Shown one piece after another: positions 29,477 to 38,581 of a DNA stretch of 50,076 bases. A program made the translations under genes and the position numbers. Origin of the DNA: a virus (lineage: Duplodnaviria; Caudoviricetes). The number at the start of each line of letters is the position of its first letter. Position 1 is the stretch's first letter. The notes beneath the pieces are model-generated. The model was not told the origin of the DNA, searched no databases, and saw nothing but the letters and a program-made list of their open reading frames with translations. Where the stretch lies: the IMG/VR virus record IMGVR_UViG_3300005512_000050, positions 1-50,076 of that record; one strand, 5' to 3'.

Positions 29477-29715
29477 TAGTCATGCTCCCCTTCTTTTTGC
29501 ATTACCCAATCATTAAAAGCAGTCATAAGCTCATCATGAAGTGCATAGAAAGGTATACCTGTTTGGTCGTCTACTATTGTGATGTTTTCATCGTAATCTC
29601 GAATCTGTTGGTCGCTCGTCATTAAAGAGCCTGTGCAGTTTATAATTAATGCATCACTCGTATCATCTGTTACCAATTCATAAGAGGGCTTGTTTACCCA
29701 TTGTCTAAAAAGCAT
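29476..29715 (-). CDS. hypothetical protein
   Basis: Coupled ORF between fibre genes. Confidence 0.5.
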   Translation of the reverse strand: MLFRQWVNKPSYELVTDDTSDALIINCTGSLMTSDQQIRDYDENITIVDDQTGIPFYALHDELMTAFNDWVMQKEGEHD

Positions 29716-29718
29716 AAC

Positions 29719-32457
29719 TTATCCTGTTACAAAGTATATTGTTGCGCTGTCAGGGCTTGCAGGCATACCTGTCACAACACTTAAATGATAGTTGTCTACG
29801 GTGTCAGCATTAGTACCACCGCCACCAGAGCCAGTGTCATCTGTGCCTGCTTCCCATTGTGAGGATGTTGCGTTGTATTTTAAAACCTGACCATCTGAGG
29901 GTGAGCTAACTGATACATCAGTCAATCCATCTAATGTCGATGAGCCACTAGACGCATCAGCAGGTGTCCAAGCTGTACCGTTCCAACTCAAGACTTGGTT
30001 AGACGTTGGTGCTGTTGAAGCTACATCAGCTAAGTCAGCTAGGTTGCTTGTAGTACTAAGCAATGTACTTGTAGTGGCAGGCAGAGTTAAATCTACATCA
30101 CCACTAAAATCTGCATGTGCAGGTGCTTTCAATGCCGCGTAATGTGCGTTAGCACTTTCGCAGTACAATCTTACCTCTGACTGTGAGCCTGAGTTTGTTA
30201 GGCTTAATATACCGCTTTGATTTAAAAGGACAGTGCCAGAAGCATCGGGTAATGTAATGGTGTTATCTTGAGTAGGTTCAGTGGCGTTTAATAATGTTTC
30301 AAAGTTATCAACATTAGAACCTTCAAAGTTTACGCCATTGCCATTGTTAATAAATATACCTTCATTAAACTGTACTCTGTCATAGCCAATTTCAATGACG
30401 GTAAATTCTGTGCCTCCATCATTAACTTTAAGCTTCATTCTGCCTTCTTCGCTACCAGCAGTAGTACCACCTAAGACAGTTTCTATTTCAGCTAAAACTA
30501 TTTCAGTTCCTGATGCGTTGTTACCAGTAAATTGAATATGACCAATGCTATCATCACCAGTTGGACTAGCACTGTTTCTAAAAAGTTTTAAAGTCGGGTC
30601 TTCTGTTGCACCAGCATCTGTTGAGGTGAGGGTGAGGTCGCCTGTTATTTGCGCACCAGTGCTAGAAGTTGAGAACTTAAGATTTGAATCGTGGTAAAGT
30701 TCTACTGCGCCATTAGAAATAAACTTTGCTTTATCTTCGCTTCCAGCCGCATTTTGAATATAAAATCCGTTATCAGATTTTAAAACAACACCGCCTGTTC
30801 CCCCATCAGCTAAAAGTGTCTCACTTCCTGAGTGGTATATTTCAAAATCACCACCAGTACCAAAGACCGCCTTAACATTATCGCTAAACGTCAAATTACC
30901 ACTGGTTTTTGCATCTGCCGCATCACTGCGTAGAAACTGTGTGCTGTCTAGGCTGTCTAGGGTAGCGGCATTACCACCGTCACCCGTATTGCCTGTCGCT
31001 ACAGCGGTAACACGTCCAAAGGCATCTACAGTAATTGTATCTATTTTAGTTAAGTCACTAGTTGAACCGTATGTACCAGCACCTATTGTTCCTGTTCCAT
31101 CTAAACTTAATGATACTGTTCCTGAAGAACCACCACCACTTAAACCTGTTCCTGCTGTTACACCTGTAATGTCACCTACGTTAGTAGTGTAACCAAATGA
31201 AAGTATTCTGTCATCTATAGCTGCTGCTGTCATTAATGCAGTATCAACATCGCTAAAAGATTCAGAGGAAAGTTGTATTGTAGAACCAGCAAAATTTGAT
31301 AAAGTTAAATTAGATACTTCTGTTAAAAATCCGCTATCGTTATTAAACCCAGATAAATTAATATTAGCTTTAGTTAATTTCTTTTGTGCGTTTGCTGAAT
31401 CAACTACAGCAAAGAAATCACCATCACCATCACTAGTAGATGTTGTTAGTTCAGATAAATCAAGTACAATATCACGAACATTAATATCAATACCTATACC
31501 ACCTGTATACGATACAGATTCGCCAAACTTTGCAAATGTTATTTCTGTTGTACCAAATGTAATTAAACCAGATACATTACACACATAAGATTCACCAGCA
31601 CCTGTGTTACCTTCATCTACATAAAAATATGAACCTTCATCTAGTGCATCTGATGTTCCTATTCCAGAACTGTCAGCGTCAGTAGCACGAGTAAGTACCC
31701 AGTTAGTAGAAGCAGAACCTGTGTTAGTTACAGTATAAACACCATTCTCTGTAGCATCTGTTTGATTATATATTAAAACTCTATCATTAGTAGACAGTGT
31801 AACACCATCTATTAATAGAGCAACTTGTGTACTATTATTTGTAAGTGTAGCACCTACACCTGATGAACCATTGTTATACGTACCAGCAAGATTGCCATAA
31901 CTGTCAGGAAGTTCAACTCTAACAGGGTCATGTATATGTATAGCTGTAGATGCAAGACTATCTACATATGCTTTTGTAGCGGCATCTGTATTAGCAGTAG
32001 GTGTAGCAAGACCTGTAATCTTATTACTACCAACAGCAATGTCACCATTATCATTACGCAAGAATGAAGTACTGTTTATACTATCTAATGTTTCAGCATC
32101 TACATTTGTTAAGTTGCGACCATCAAATGCTGAAATGTATCCACTAGCGTCAAGATATACTGCTTTCTCTGCAGGTTGTGTAACAAATATTGTTCGCTCA
32201 CCTGCTGTCCAGTTTACAGCATTGTCACTATTACTAGACTGTAATACAGTTGTTCTAGCTAATGTTGTTCCTGAAGATGTGTATGTACCTATACCTACTT
32301 CAAAGTCTGTACCATCAGTACAACAATAGTAGGTAGTATTACCATCACCTATAGATGAAAAAGCCTCAAAACCAAGAACAGCACCAGCAAGTGTATATGT
32401 GCCAGTGCCTGTAGTGGTAGTGGTTTCTTTTATTCGGTCAGCAACAACTAATGCCAT
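29719..32457 (-). CDS. tail fibre protein
   Basis: DRIKETTTTTGTG, DAATKAYVD, ENGVY...LTRATDAD, TLDSLDSTQFLRSD and LTDV...GQVLKYN modules. Confidence 0.8.
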   Translation of the reverse strand: MALVVADRIKETTTTTGTGTYTLAGAVLGFEAFSSIGDGNTTYYCCTDGTDFEVGIGTYTSSGTTLARTTVLQSSNSDNAVNWTAGERTIFVTQPAEKAVYLDASGYISAFDGRNLTNVDAETLDSINSTSFLRNDNGDIAVGSNKITGLATPTANTDAATKAYVDSLASTAIHIHDPVRVELPDSYGNLAGTYNNGSSGVGATLTNNSTQVALLIDGVTLSTNDRVLIYNQTDATENGVYTVTNTGSASTNWVLTRATDADSSGIGTSDALDEGSYFYVDEGNTGAGESYVCNVSGLITFGTTEITFAKFGESVSYTGGIGIDINVRDIVLDLSELTTSTSDGDGDFFAVVDSANAQKKLTKANINLSGFNNDSGFLTEVSNLTLSNFAGSTIQLSSESFSDVDTALMTAAAIDDRILSFGYTTNVGDITGVTAGTGLSGGGSSGTVSLSLDGTGTIGAGTYGSTSDLTKIDTITVDAFGRVTAVATGNTGDGGNAATLDSLDSTQFLRSDAADAKTSGNLTFSDNVKAVFGTGGDFEIYHSGSETLLADGGTGGVVLKSDNGFYIQNAAGSEDKAKFISNGAVELYHDSNLKFSTSSTGAQITGDLTLTSTDAGATEDPTLKLFRNSASPTGDDSIGHIQFTGNNASGTEIVLAEIETVLGGTTAGSEEGRMKLKVNDGGTEFTVIEIGYDRVQFNEGIFINNGNGVNFEGSNVDNFETLLNATEPTQDNTITLPDASGTVLLNQSGILSLTNSGSQSEVRLYCESANAHYAALKAPAHADFSGDVDLTLPATTSTLLSTTSNLADLADVASTAPTSNQVLSWNGTAWTPADASSGSSTLDGLTDVSVSSPSDGQVLKYNATSSQWEAGTDDTGSGGGGTNADTVDNYHLSVVTGMPASPDSATIYFVTG

Positions 32458-32462
32458 AAGTT

Positions 32463-32930
32463 TTACAGTTCAGTTACTTCAATTGAATTTTCAGCAAATC
32501 TAATAGTATCACCTGCCGCAATAGTTTTAGATACATCTAATTCACCGTAGTAAATTAAATTACCACTTCCTACTGTAGCGTTATCGTATAAAGCAAAATG
32601 CGTTACTGTGCCAAAACCTGCACCACCTGTATCTGCAGTTAATTCTACAGCAGCATTATTAAAGCAAGAACGTCCACCTGCAGGACCATCTGTAACTGCT
32701 GTAGGGGTATCAAAAGTTACTGTAGGTCTTGTAGTAGAACCTGTAGCACCTAGTGTTGATAAATCTACTTCATTATCTGCACCTGCTCCTTGCATAGTCG
32801 TATTATCCTCTAAAGGAATAGCTGTATGCAAACCTAAATACACAGCAGAAGGTAAACCACCTGTGGTGTTACGGAGCAATGCATTAAGAACTAAGTCTTC
32901 TGCATGATTTGACTTTGCATTCGTTGTCAT
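32463..32930 (-). CDS. virion structural protein (fibre-associated)
   Basis: VYLGLHTA...GTVTHFALYD...GNLIYYG pattern. Confidence 0.6.
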   Translation of the reverse strand: MTTNAKSNHAEDLVLNALLRNTTGGLPSAVYLGLHTAIPLEDNTTMQGAGADNEVDLSTLGATGSTTRPTVTFDTPTAVTDGPAGGRSCFNNAAVELTADTGGAGFGTVTHFALYDNATVGSGNLIYYGELDVSKTIAAGDTIRFAENSIEVTEL

Positions 32931-32948
32931 TTTTTATTCTCCAAAAGT

Positions 32949-32981
32949 AAAAGTAAAAGGGGCAAGTCGCCCTGCCCCCTT
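32949..32981 (-). terminator. intrinsic terminator after the capsid operon
   Basis: Minus strand GGGGCAGG-GCGA-CTTGCCCC then TTTTACTTTT; GNRA tetraloop. Confidence 0.85.
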
Positions 32982-32988
32982 ATGTTAT

Positions 32989-33396
32989 TTAGGCAAGTGT
33001 GTCACGGTCTACTTCAGCCGCTTGTAAACGTGATTCATTCACGTCAACAGCAACTACAAAGACACGACCTGATATGATACCCGGTGAACCAGTGATTGTA
33101 GTTACAACATCAACGGTATCAGCAGCGGATACTAAACCTGCAGTTGTTCCTACTTTGATTGTACCAGCAGCGGTATTATCAAAGTTAAGGTCATTTGCAA
33201 AAATAGTAGTACCATCTGTAATGTCCATTGTGTATGTAGTTACATCTGGAACAGCTTCTGATGGTTCAAATCCTGCGGCAATAATCAAAGTACCAGCAGG
33301 TACAGATACACCAACAGTTGTGCCAGCAGAAGCAGGAAGGTCAACATATTTTTCAATAACGATTGCGCTATTGCGAAGTGCTTTAGTTAAAGCCAT
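32989..33396 (-). CDS. probable capsid decoration/cement protein
   Basis: 135 aa beta-rich protein directly after the capsid gene and before the terminator. Confidence 0.55.
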   Translation of the reverse strand: MALTKALRNSAIVIEKYVDLPASAGTTVGVSVPAGTLIIAAGFEPSEAVPDVTTYTMDITDGTTIFANDLNFDNTAAGTIKVGTTAGLVSAADTVDVVTTITGSPGIISGRVFVVAVDVNESRLQAAEVDRDTLA

Positions 33397-33409
33397 TGTT
33401 AAATCTCCC

Positions 33410-34468
33410 CTATGCCAAGTTGTAGATTGCGTTTACAAGACCTTCAGGACGAAGTATCTTGCGACCGTACAAATGCATACCACGAACAATGTCAGCAAAG
33501 CTGTCAGGGTCACGATATGTCTCAGTCTTATTGATTTGCTCTGCAGTAGCAACAGCAGAATCATGTCCTGCAACAATCACACCAAAGTTAGTGCTGTTAG
33601 TTCCACCTGTTGTTCCTGCACCTGTACCAAGTGATGGCAAGTTGTTAGAAACATACACACGGAAACCATGTAGATTGTTTAGGATAAGACCGTTCTGTAG
33701 TCCTGAACCACCAAAGTCTGCGTTCAATAGACGAGAATCTTCGTCCATTAGCAATTCTTTGAATACAGGGTCAATAACTACCCAACGTCCTTGTGAGTCC
33801 ACATTTTGCTGGTCTAGCTTACGTGCCATACGAGCAAGTACTGTTAGTGGAAATGTTGCACCTGAACCCGGAGTAGCATCTGTAGTAGCTGCTGTGCGAG
33901 GCTCAAGAGCAATGGAGTTAGAAGCAGAACCACCAAAGTCACTTGCATCAAGTTTCATTGAAGCTAGTAGTTCGTCAGAACCAGCGGTTGTTACTGCCTT
34001 TGTACCATTAACAGTTGTGTTAGCTGTATCAGCATTTGTGTGTAAAGCAGACTGTGTATAACCAGACAAGTAGCCAAGAACGTCTTGGTCAAACTGGTCA
34101 GCCAAACGGTATGCCGCACGGTCAGATGCTAATGATTGGAAGTTCACATGTGAATGTGCTTCTTCAATGTCATCAACCTTAAATGCAAAGTAATTAGCTT
34201 TGTCAATTGTAAGGCTGAAGTCTTCATCGTCTAGGTCTTGTGCAGTGATTTGTGTGCCACGTGCATAAGCCTGAACTGAGATTTCGGGTTCTTTGATAAT
34301 CTTAACGGAATCACCCATGTTAGCAATCTCACCGAAATAATCGGAATTTGAAATTGCTTCAGCAACGGCAGACTTGCGGAAAGCAAGTTGTACCTGTTTG
34401 CTGTAAATAACTGGGCTAAAATTGCCGTTAGGAAGATTACCATACCCGGCTGCGGATGTAAATGCCAT
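33410..34468 (-). CDS. major capsid protein
   Basis: NLPNGNFSPVIYSK, GEIANMGDSVKI, FADIVRGMHLYGRKILRP; strong RBS; follows scaffold. Confidence 0.9.
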   Translation of the reverse strand: MAFTSAAGYGNLPNGNFSPVIYSKQVQLAFRKSAVAEAISNSDYFGEIANMGDSVKIIKEPEISVQAYARGTQITAQDLDDEDFSLTIDKANYFAFKVDDIEEAHSHVNFQSLASDRAAYRLADQFDQDVLGYLSGYTQSALHTNADTANTTVNGTKAVTTAGSDELLASMKLDASDFGGSASNSIALEPRTAATTDATPGSGATFPLTVLARMARKLDQQNVDSQGRWVVIDPVFKELLMDEDSRLLNADFGGSGLQNGLILNNLHGFRVYVSNNLPSLGTGAGTTGGTNSTNFGVIVAGHDSAVATAEQINKTETYRDPDSFADIVRGMHLYGRKILRPEGLVNAIYNLA

Positions 34469-34501
34469 GATGTTTCTCCTAAAGTTATTAGCATTAATTT
34501 A

Positions 34502-34661
34502 CAGATACAAACTCACAAGGCTATTAGAGGCTAACTTCAATGGGTGTGTTGCTAGTTAAAGTGGCCGCCTTAACTTTTAACAGGCCATATTCGTCAGGTA
34601 ATCCGAAGACTTTGTTTGTTTGCTGATTTAGTGTATACAGATAGCTAGTCCATATACACTA
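34502..34661 (-). ncRNA. structured 5' leader of the capsid mRNA (putative cis-regulatory RNA)
   Basis: Nested stems folded by eye (CTGAC/GTTAG, ATGG/CCAT, TGTT/AACA, AGTTAAGG/CTTTAACT) plus a 13-bp 5' hairpin. Confidence 0.6.
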
Positions 34662-34673
34662 TAAGTGTCTATA

Positions 34674-34701
34674 GTTATACTCATGTAAAACTATTTGTCA
34701 A
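34674..34701 (-). promoter_or_regulatory. capsid gene promoter
   Basis: TTGACA-16 bp-TATAAC. Confidence 0.7.
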
Positions 34702-34708
34702 CACCTTT

Positions 34709-35578
34709 TTATCTAGCAGAGCCAGATACATCATAGATAAACTTTCCAGAACGGATAGCTTCCATGATTTCGTCAGATTGCTTCTCATACTCTTGAGGCG
34801 ACATCTTCTGAACTTGAGATTCTCTTAGATAGGTAGAAGCCTCATTCTCTTGTGGCTTAGACCGTGTATTTTTCGTATTAACCGCTTCAGCAGCACCCTT
34901 GCCATTTTTGCTTGGTTTTGCCTTGCTAATATTTCTATCTGATTTATATAAGTCAATTGCTCGTGCGGCAGATTTTGCATCGTTGTCATTCTCGTATAGT
35001 GCCTCCTGCACCCATTTAGGTTGTTCTTCTGCCCACTCGTGAAAGTCATCACTGTCTCTGATATCACCAAAGTCAGGATGTATTCTCATCAATTCGGCTT
35101 CTGCTTTCTCCTTCGTAGCCGATAATTGCATCTCATCAATTGCTTTCAATCTTTCTTCTAAATCGCTAGATTGTTCTCTAGCTTTCTTCATAGCAATTGT
35201 TTCTACTATTGCAGCTACATCAGGATATTCTGTTGCCCATGCTTCAATGTCCTCATCAGACTTGGGCAACTTCATCTCTTTTTTAGTAGCTTCAGATAAC
35301 TGGCGTTTTAAAGTTTCCAGTTCTGCTTTAAACTCTTCAGCTTGTTTCTGCTGATGCCTACGTAAGTCAGAGTATCTTTTCTTAAAAGTCTTTTCTTCTG
35401 CGTTAGTAGGTTCTGCTTCTTCAGGTTCAGCAGTTTCTACCTCACCCTTCTGCTCTTTCATCATCTGTTCTAGTTCTTCTTCGTCACGCTTGATGCGTTC
35501 CTCTTGTGTATAAGGCTTAGATACAAATGCTTTCTTCTCTGGTGACTTCATTTCTTCAGCCATGATTGTGTCAGACAT
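34709..35578 (-). CDS. capsid scaffolding protein
   Basis: Acidic coiled-coil, FKKRYSDLRRH; directly upstream of the capsid gene. Confidence 0.75.
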   Translation of the reverse strand: MSDTIMAEEMKSPEKKAFVSKPYTQEERIKRDEEELEQMMKEQKGEVETAEPEEAEPTNAEEKTFKKRYSDLRRHQQKQAEEFKAELETLKRQLSEATKKEMKLPKSDEDIEAWATEYPDVAAIVETIAMKKAREQSSDLEERLKAIDEMQLSATKEKAEAELMRIHPDFGDIRDSDDFHEWAEEQPKWVQEALYENDNDAKSAARAIDLYKSDRNISKAKPSKNGKGAAEAVNTKNTRSKPQENEASTYLRESQVQKMSPQEYEKQSDEIMEAIRSGKFIYDVSGSAR

Positions 35579-35593
35579 ACTATGTCTCCTATG

Positions 35594-35639
35594 CTGGGGC
35601 TAACCGTAGCCACTGTCGGGTGGGGAGTTAGGTAGCCAG
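35594..35639 (-). ncRNA. structured leader hairpin of the scaffold gene
   Basis: CTGG-CTAC-CTAACT-CC-CCAC-CCGACA-GTGG-CTAC-GGTTAG-CC-CCAG just before AGGAG. Confidence 0.6.
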
Positions 35640-35649
35640 TTAATGTGGA

Positions 35650-38379
35650 TTATTTTTTAGAGGCTAATCCACCTGACCTCATCTGTTTAGGTTGTTTAAT
35701 TTCTTTTTCCATTAAACCACCTTTTGCTCTACCGCCTGTTGCTAATCTTCCACCACTACTAGTAGAACTTTTAATGGCTTCTTTAATGCTTTTTGCTTTG
35801 TCTTTAGAGAAATTAGAGGTTAGCTTTTTTTCTCTTTCTTTGTCTTTTTTATTTTGTTTTCTTTTTTCTTCATCTTTTACTAGTTGTTTTTGAATTTCAA
35901 TAGACCTTTGCTTACGGGCTGCCTCTTTTGCTTTTGCTATAATATCTTCAAAATTACTTTCTTTTTCTTCTTTGCGTAACTCTTCAGCTAACTTTATTTC
36001 ATTTACAGTTTTACCCGATAAATACGTTTTTGAAAAATTATTACTGTCTTCTTGTGCTTTTTCTCTATCTTCGTTACTACCACTTTGTAGTGCTTTTGCT
36101 ATTGAATTAGAAACTTTTTTAATTTCATTTGATGCATTAGTAGCAGACATTATTGTTGGGTCTTTATCTATAATTAAACTAACTAAATCATTTTGAAATT
36201 CTTCGGATTTTTTAGGAAGTTCAGATGGATTAAAAAATTCACCTATTTGACCTATTATACTTTCTTTTTGAACATAGCGACCAGTTATAGGGTCATATAA
36301 ATTACCCATACCATCTGCTATATAACCATTTACAACTTGACCCTGTTTGAAGTTACCCCCAAACATAGAGCCTATAGCAGTAGATTTAAAAAGTTGTTCA
36401 AATGGATTTATTACATCCATAAATCCTAACCTTTGTGCTTCTTTAATTCTAGCTTGCATATTTTCATAGCCAGAAAAATCTGGTGAACCATCATCATCGT
36501 CTTTACGCACCTGTGCCTGACCAACAGTAGGTGTTACAGATACTTGTTGTGCATCAGGTGCATCGTACTCACTAGCCAAAACAAAACCTTCTGGTAATTG
36601 CGTTACACCGGGAATGTATGTTATAGTTCTTTTCTCACCTGTTGTTGGATTAATTATCTCTACAGTTTGTGGTGCAGATTCAGGTGTTTGTACTACACCC
36701 GGATATGATACATCTTGCATTTGTTCAGGTGTAAATGTAGGTACTGCTTGTTGTTGTGCTGGTGTATAAGTTGGTGCAATAGGTGTTGTTGCCTGTGTAG
36801 GCTGTTGCACTGTTGGTGTTACAGGTGCTTGTGGTTGTGATACAAAGGATGTAGCAGGTACTTGTGACGGCACATAACCAGATATACCAGTAGCAGGTAC
36901 TTGTGACGGCACATAACCAGATATACCAGTAGCAGGTCCTAGTAGTCCACCCTGTTGCAATTCTACTGTATCGTTATTATACTCTTCTTCATCGTCCATG
37001 TCAAGGTCTGTTAATTCAAAAGGTAAATTATCTGGCATAACAGCTTCTTCACTATTGCCCATTTGCCCCATGTCTTCCATAGTCTGCAAACCCATCTTAG
37101 CTTGCTGTCTCATCTGCATTAGCTTTTCAAGACCAATGTATCGCACTACATCTGCAGGAAATACAAACTCACCTTCACTTAATTGTGCAGGTATATCATC
37201 ACGTACTTCTTCTTGTGTAGAGCCGGGTGGAACATCATTGCCTGATACAGGGTCTATTGTATTACCTTCGTCTTTAAGACCACCATCTTCAAACATTTCC
37301 ATTTGTTTTGACATCCCACCTTCTGCAAACTTTTGTGATTTATCCATATCTAATTCTGCAAATTGATAATCGTCCATTACATCACCACCCTTTGACATTT
37401 CTTTTAATTCTTTTAATGTTGGTAGGTCTTCAACACCAGCTTCTCTATTTAATTTTTTTACTTCGTCTGCATCAAGTACACGATTAACTTTCATCTGACC
37501 ACTTATTAGCCAATTACCTTGCATATTAGGATTTGTTTTATATCTATAAAAACCACCTAAAGGTATTTCCTCAGTAATTTGTGCCTCAGAAGTATTAAGT
37601 AAGCCTTTGCGTTTTCCAGACTTTACAATAGACGCATTTGAATCTGCCACCTTTTGCCAATCTACGTCTGCTGGCATTTCTACTTCAGCCCATACTTGGT
37701 CTTCACTTCTGTACTTTTTACCATTAATTTCGTTACCTATATGCGGAGCAGCAGGTGTATCTCCAGCATGCCATCCCGGTCTTAGAGCAACTGCTTTAAC
37801 ACTTTTTGCTTTTGAACCCTTTGGTAAAAAACCTTTTTCAATAAGTATATCACGAGTTTCTTGGTCTGGTATTGGTATGCTATCACCAGTTCCTTTTTTA
37901 CCTCCCGTTCCTTTTGATGGAACATACTTTTTGCCATTAGCGGAAGTAAAAGTAGATTCAGGTATTACTGCATCTATAAACTCACCTTGTTTTACAGGAG
38001 TATCTGCATCAACAAAAAGAGGATATAAATTTCCGTCTTCACCTTTTGTAAATAACTTATATGCTTTTACAGTTTTTTTAGGTTTAAAAGTTCTAAGTGC
38101 TTTACCTGCCATATCTCCTACTACAGGAATTAAACCCAAAGCACCTGCCGCAGTTTCTATACCAGCACCTACATAATCTTTTTCATCTATAGCATCTGAT
38201 ACACGTTTGACTGCCATGGCTTCCCCAACTCCGGGAATAAACTCTGCCGCACCTTTTGCTATATCAACTTTTGATTCATCTAACTTTTCAATAACATCAC
38301 CAGCAGTTTTTTTTGTAGGACGTTCTACAGTACCACTAGGTTCTCGTGTCATAAATCCTGAAGGTTGTTTAAGTGCCAT
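35650..38379 (-). CDS. 909-aa multidomain protein: pre-toxin-like helices, putative enzymatic domain, 'GEFV' core, variable tail
   Basis: EFIPGVG...LIPVVG; AYKLF...RPGWH...VWAEVE; DDIPAQLSEGEFVFPADVV; several xxGG motifs. Confidence 0.6.
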   Translation of the reverse strand: MALKQPSGFMTREPSGTVERPTKKTAGDVIEKLDESKVDIAKGAAEFIPGVGEAMAVKRVSDAIDEKDYVGAGIETAAGALGLIPVVGDMAGKALRTFKPKKTVKAYKLFTKGEDGNLYPLFVDADTPVKQGEFIDAVIPESTFTSANGKKYVPSKGTGGKKGTGDSIPIPDQETRDILIEKGFLPKGSKAKSVKAVALRPGWHAGDTPAAPHIGNEINGKKYRSEDQVWAEVEMPADVDWQKVADSNASIVKSGKRKGLLNTSEAQITEEIPLGGFYRYKTNPNMQGNWLISGQMKVNRVLDADEVKKLNREAGVEDLPTLKELKEMSKGGDVMDDYQFAELDMDKSQKFAEGGMSKQMEMFEDGGLKDEGNTIDPVSGNDVPPGSTQEEVRDDIPAQLSEGEFVFPADVVRYIGLEKLMQMRQQAKMGLQTMEDMGQMGNSEEAVMPDNLPFELTDLDMDDEEEYNNDTVELQQGGLLGPATGISGYVPSQVPATGISGYVPSQVPATSFVSQPQAPVTPTVQQPTQATTPIAPTYTPAQQQAVPTFTPEQMQDVSYPGVVQTPESAPQTVEIINPTTGEKRTITYIPGVTQLPEGFVLASEYDAPDAQQVSVTPTVGQAQVRKDDDDGSPDFSGYENMQARIKEAQRLGFMDVINPFEQLFKSTAIGSMFGGNFKQGQVVNGYIADGMGNLYDPITGRYVQKESIIGQIGEFFNPSELPKKSEEFQNDLVSLIIDKDPTIMSATNASNEIKKVSNSIAKALQSGSNEDREKAQEDSNNFSKTYLSGKTVNEIKLAEELRKEEKESNFEDIIAKAKEAARKQRSIEIQKQLVKDEEKRKQNKKDKEREKKLTSNFSKDKAKSIKEAIKSSTSSGGRLATGGRAKGGLMEKEIKQPKQMRSGGLASKK
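36851..36937. repeat. perfect 39-bp tandem duplication (about 2.2 copies)
   Basis: GTAGCAGGTACTTGTGACGGCACATAACCAGATATACCA twice, plus GTAGCAGGT. Confidence 0.95.
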
Positions 38380-38581
38380 TTACCTCATTCCGTAAATATT
38401 TAAGTTTTCGGAGTACTGCTATTGCGCCTTGTTGTCTATGTACTAGTATTGAATCATCTGTCTGTTCTAGTACTTTCTGGTGTTGTTCTATTATTAAGTT
38501 TATATAATCACTGAACGCTTCCCACTGGCGGTTGTTGTTCACTAGGGGCTTGAGTTTGCTGAGTACCTGCTGTCTGTCCAT
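38369..38581 (-). CDS. small portal-adjacent hypothetical protein
   Basis: AAGGA RBS before ATG 38581; HRQQGAIAVLRKLKYLR; overlaps the portal 3' end. Confidence 0.6.
   Translation of the reverse strand: MDRQQVLSKLKPLVNNNRQWEAFSDYINLIIEQHQKVLEQTDDSILVHRQQGAIAVLRKLKYLRNEVNGT

Noticed and set aside
32999-34061. Long plus-strand ORFs opposite the capsid genes (also 14845-15372, 21489-22127, 37607-38176, 39877-40371)
   Set aside because: Antisense shadows of real genes, with no RBS or recognisable motifs.
38369-38581. Immunity gene for the putative effector
   Set aside because: It lies upstream, overlaps the portal and looks like an ordinary portal-adjacent head gene; nothing supports an immunity role.
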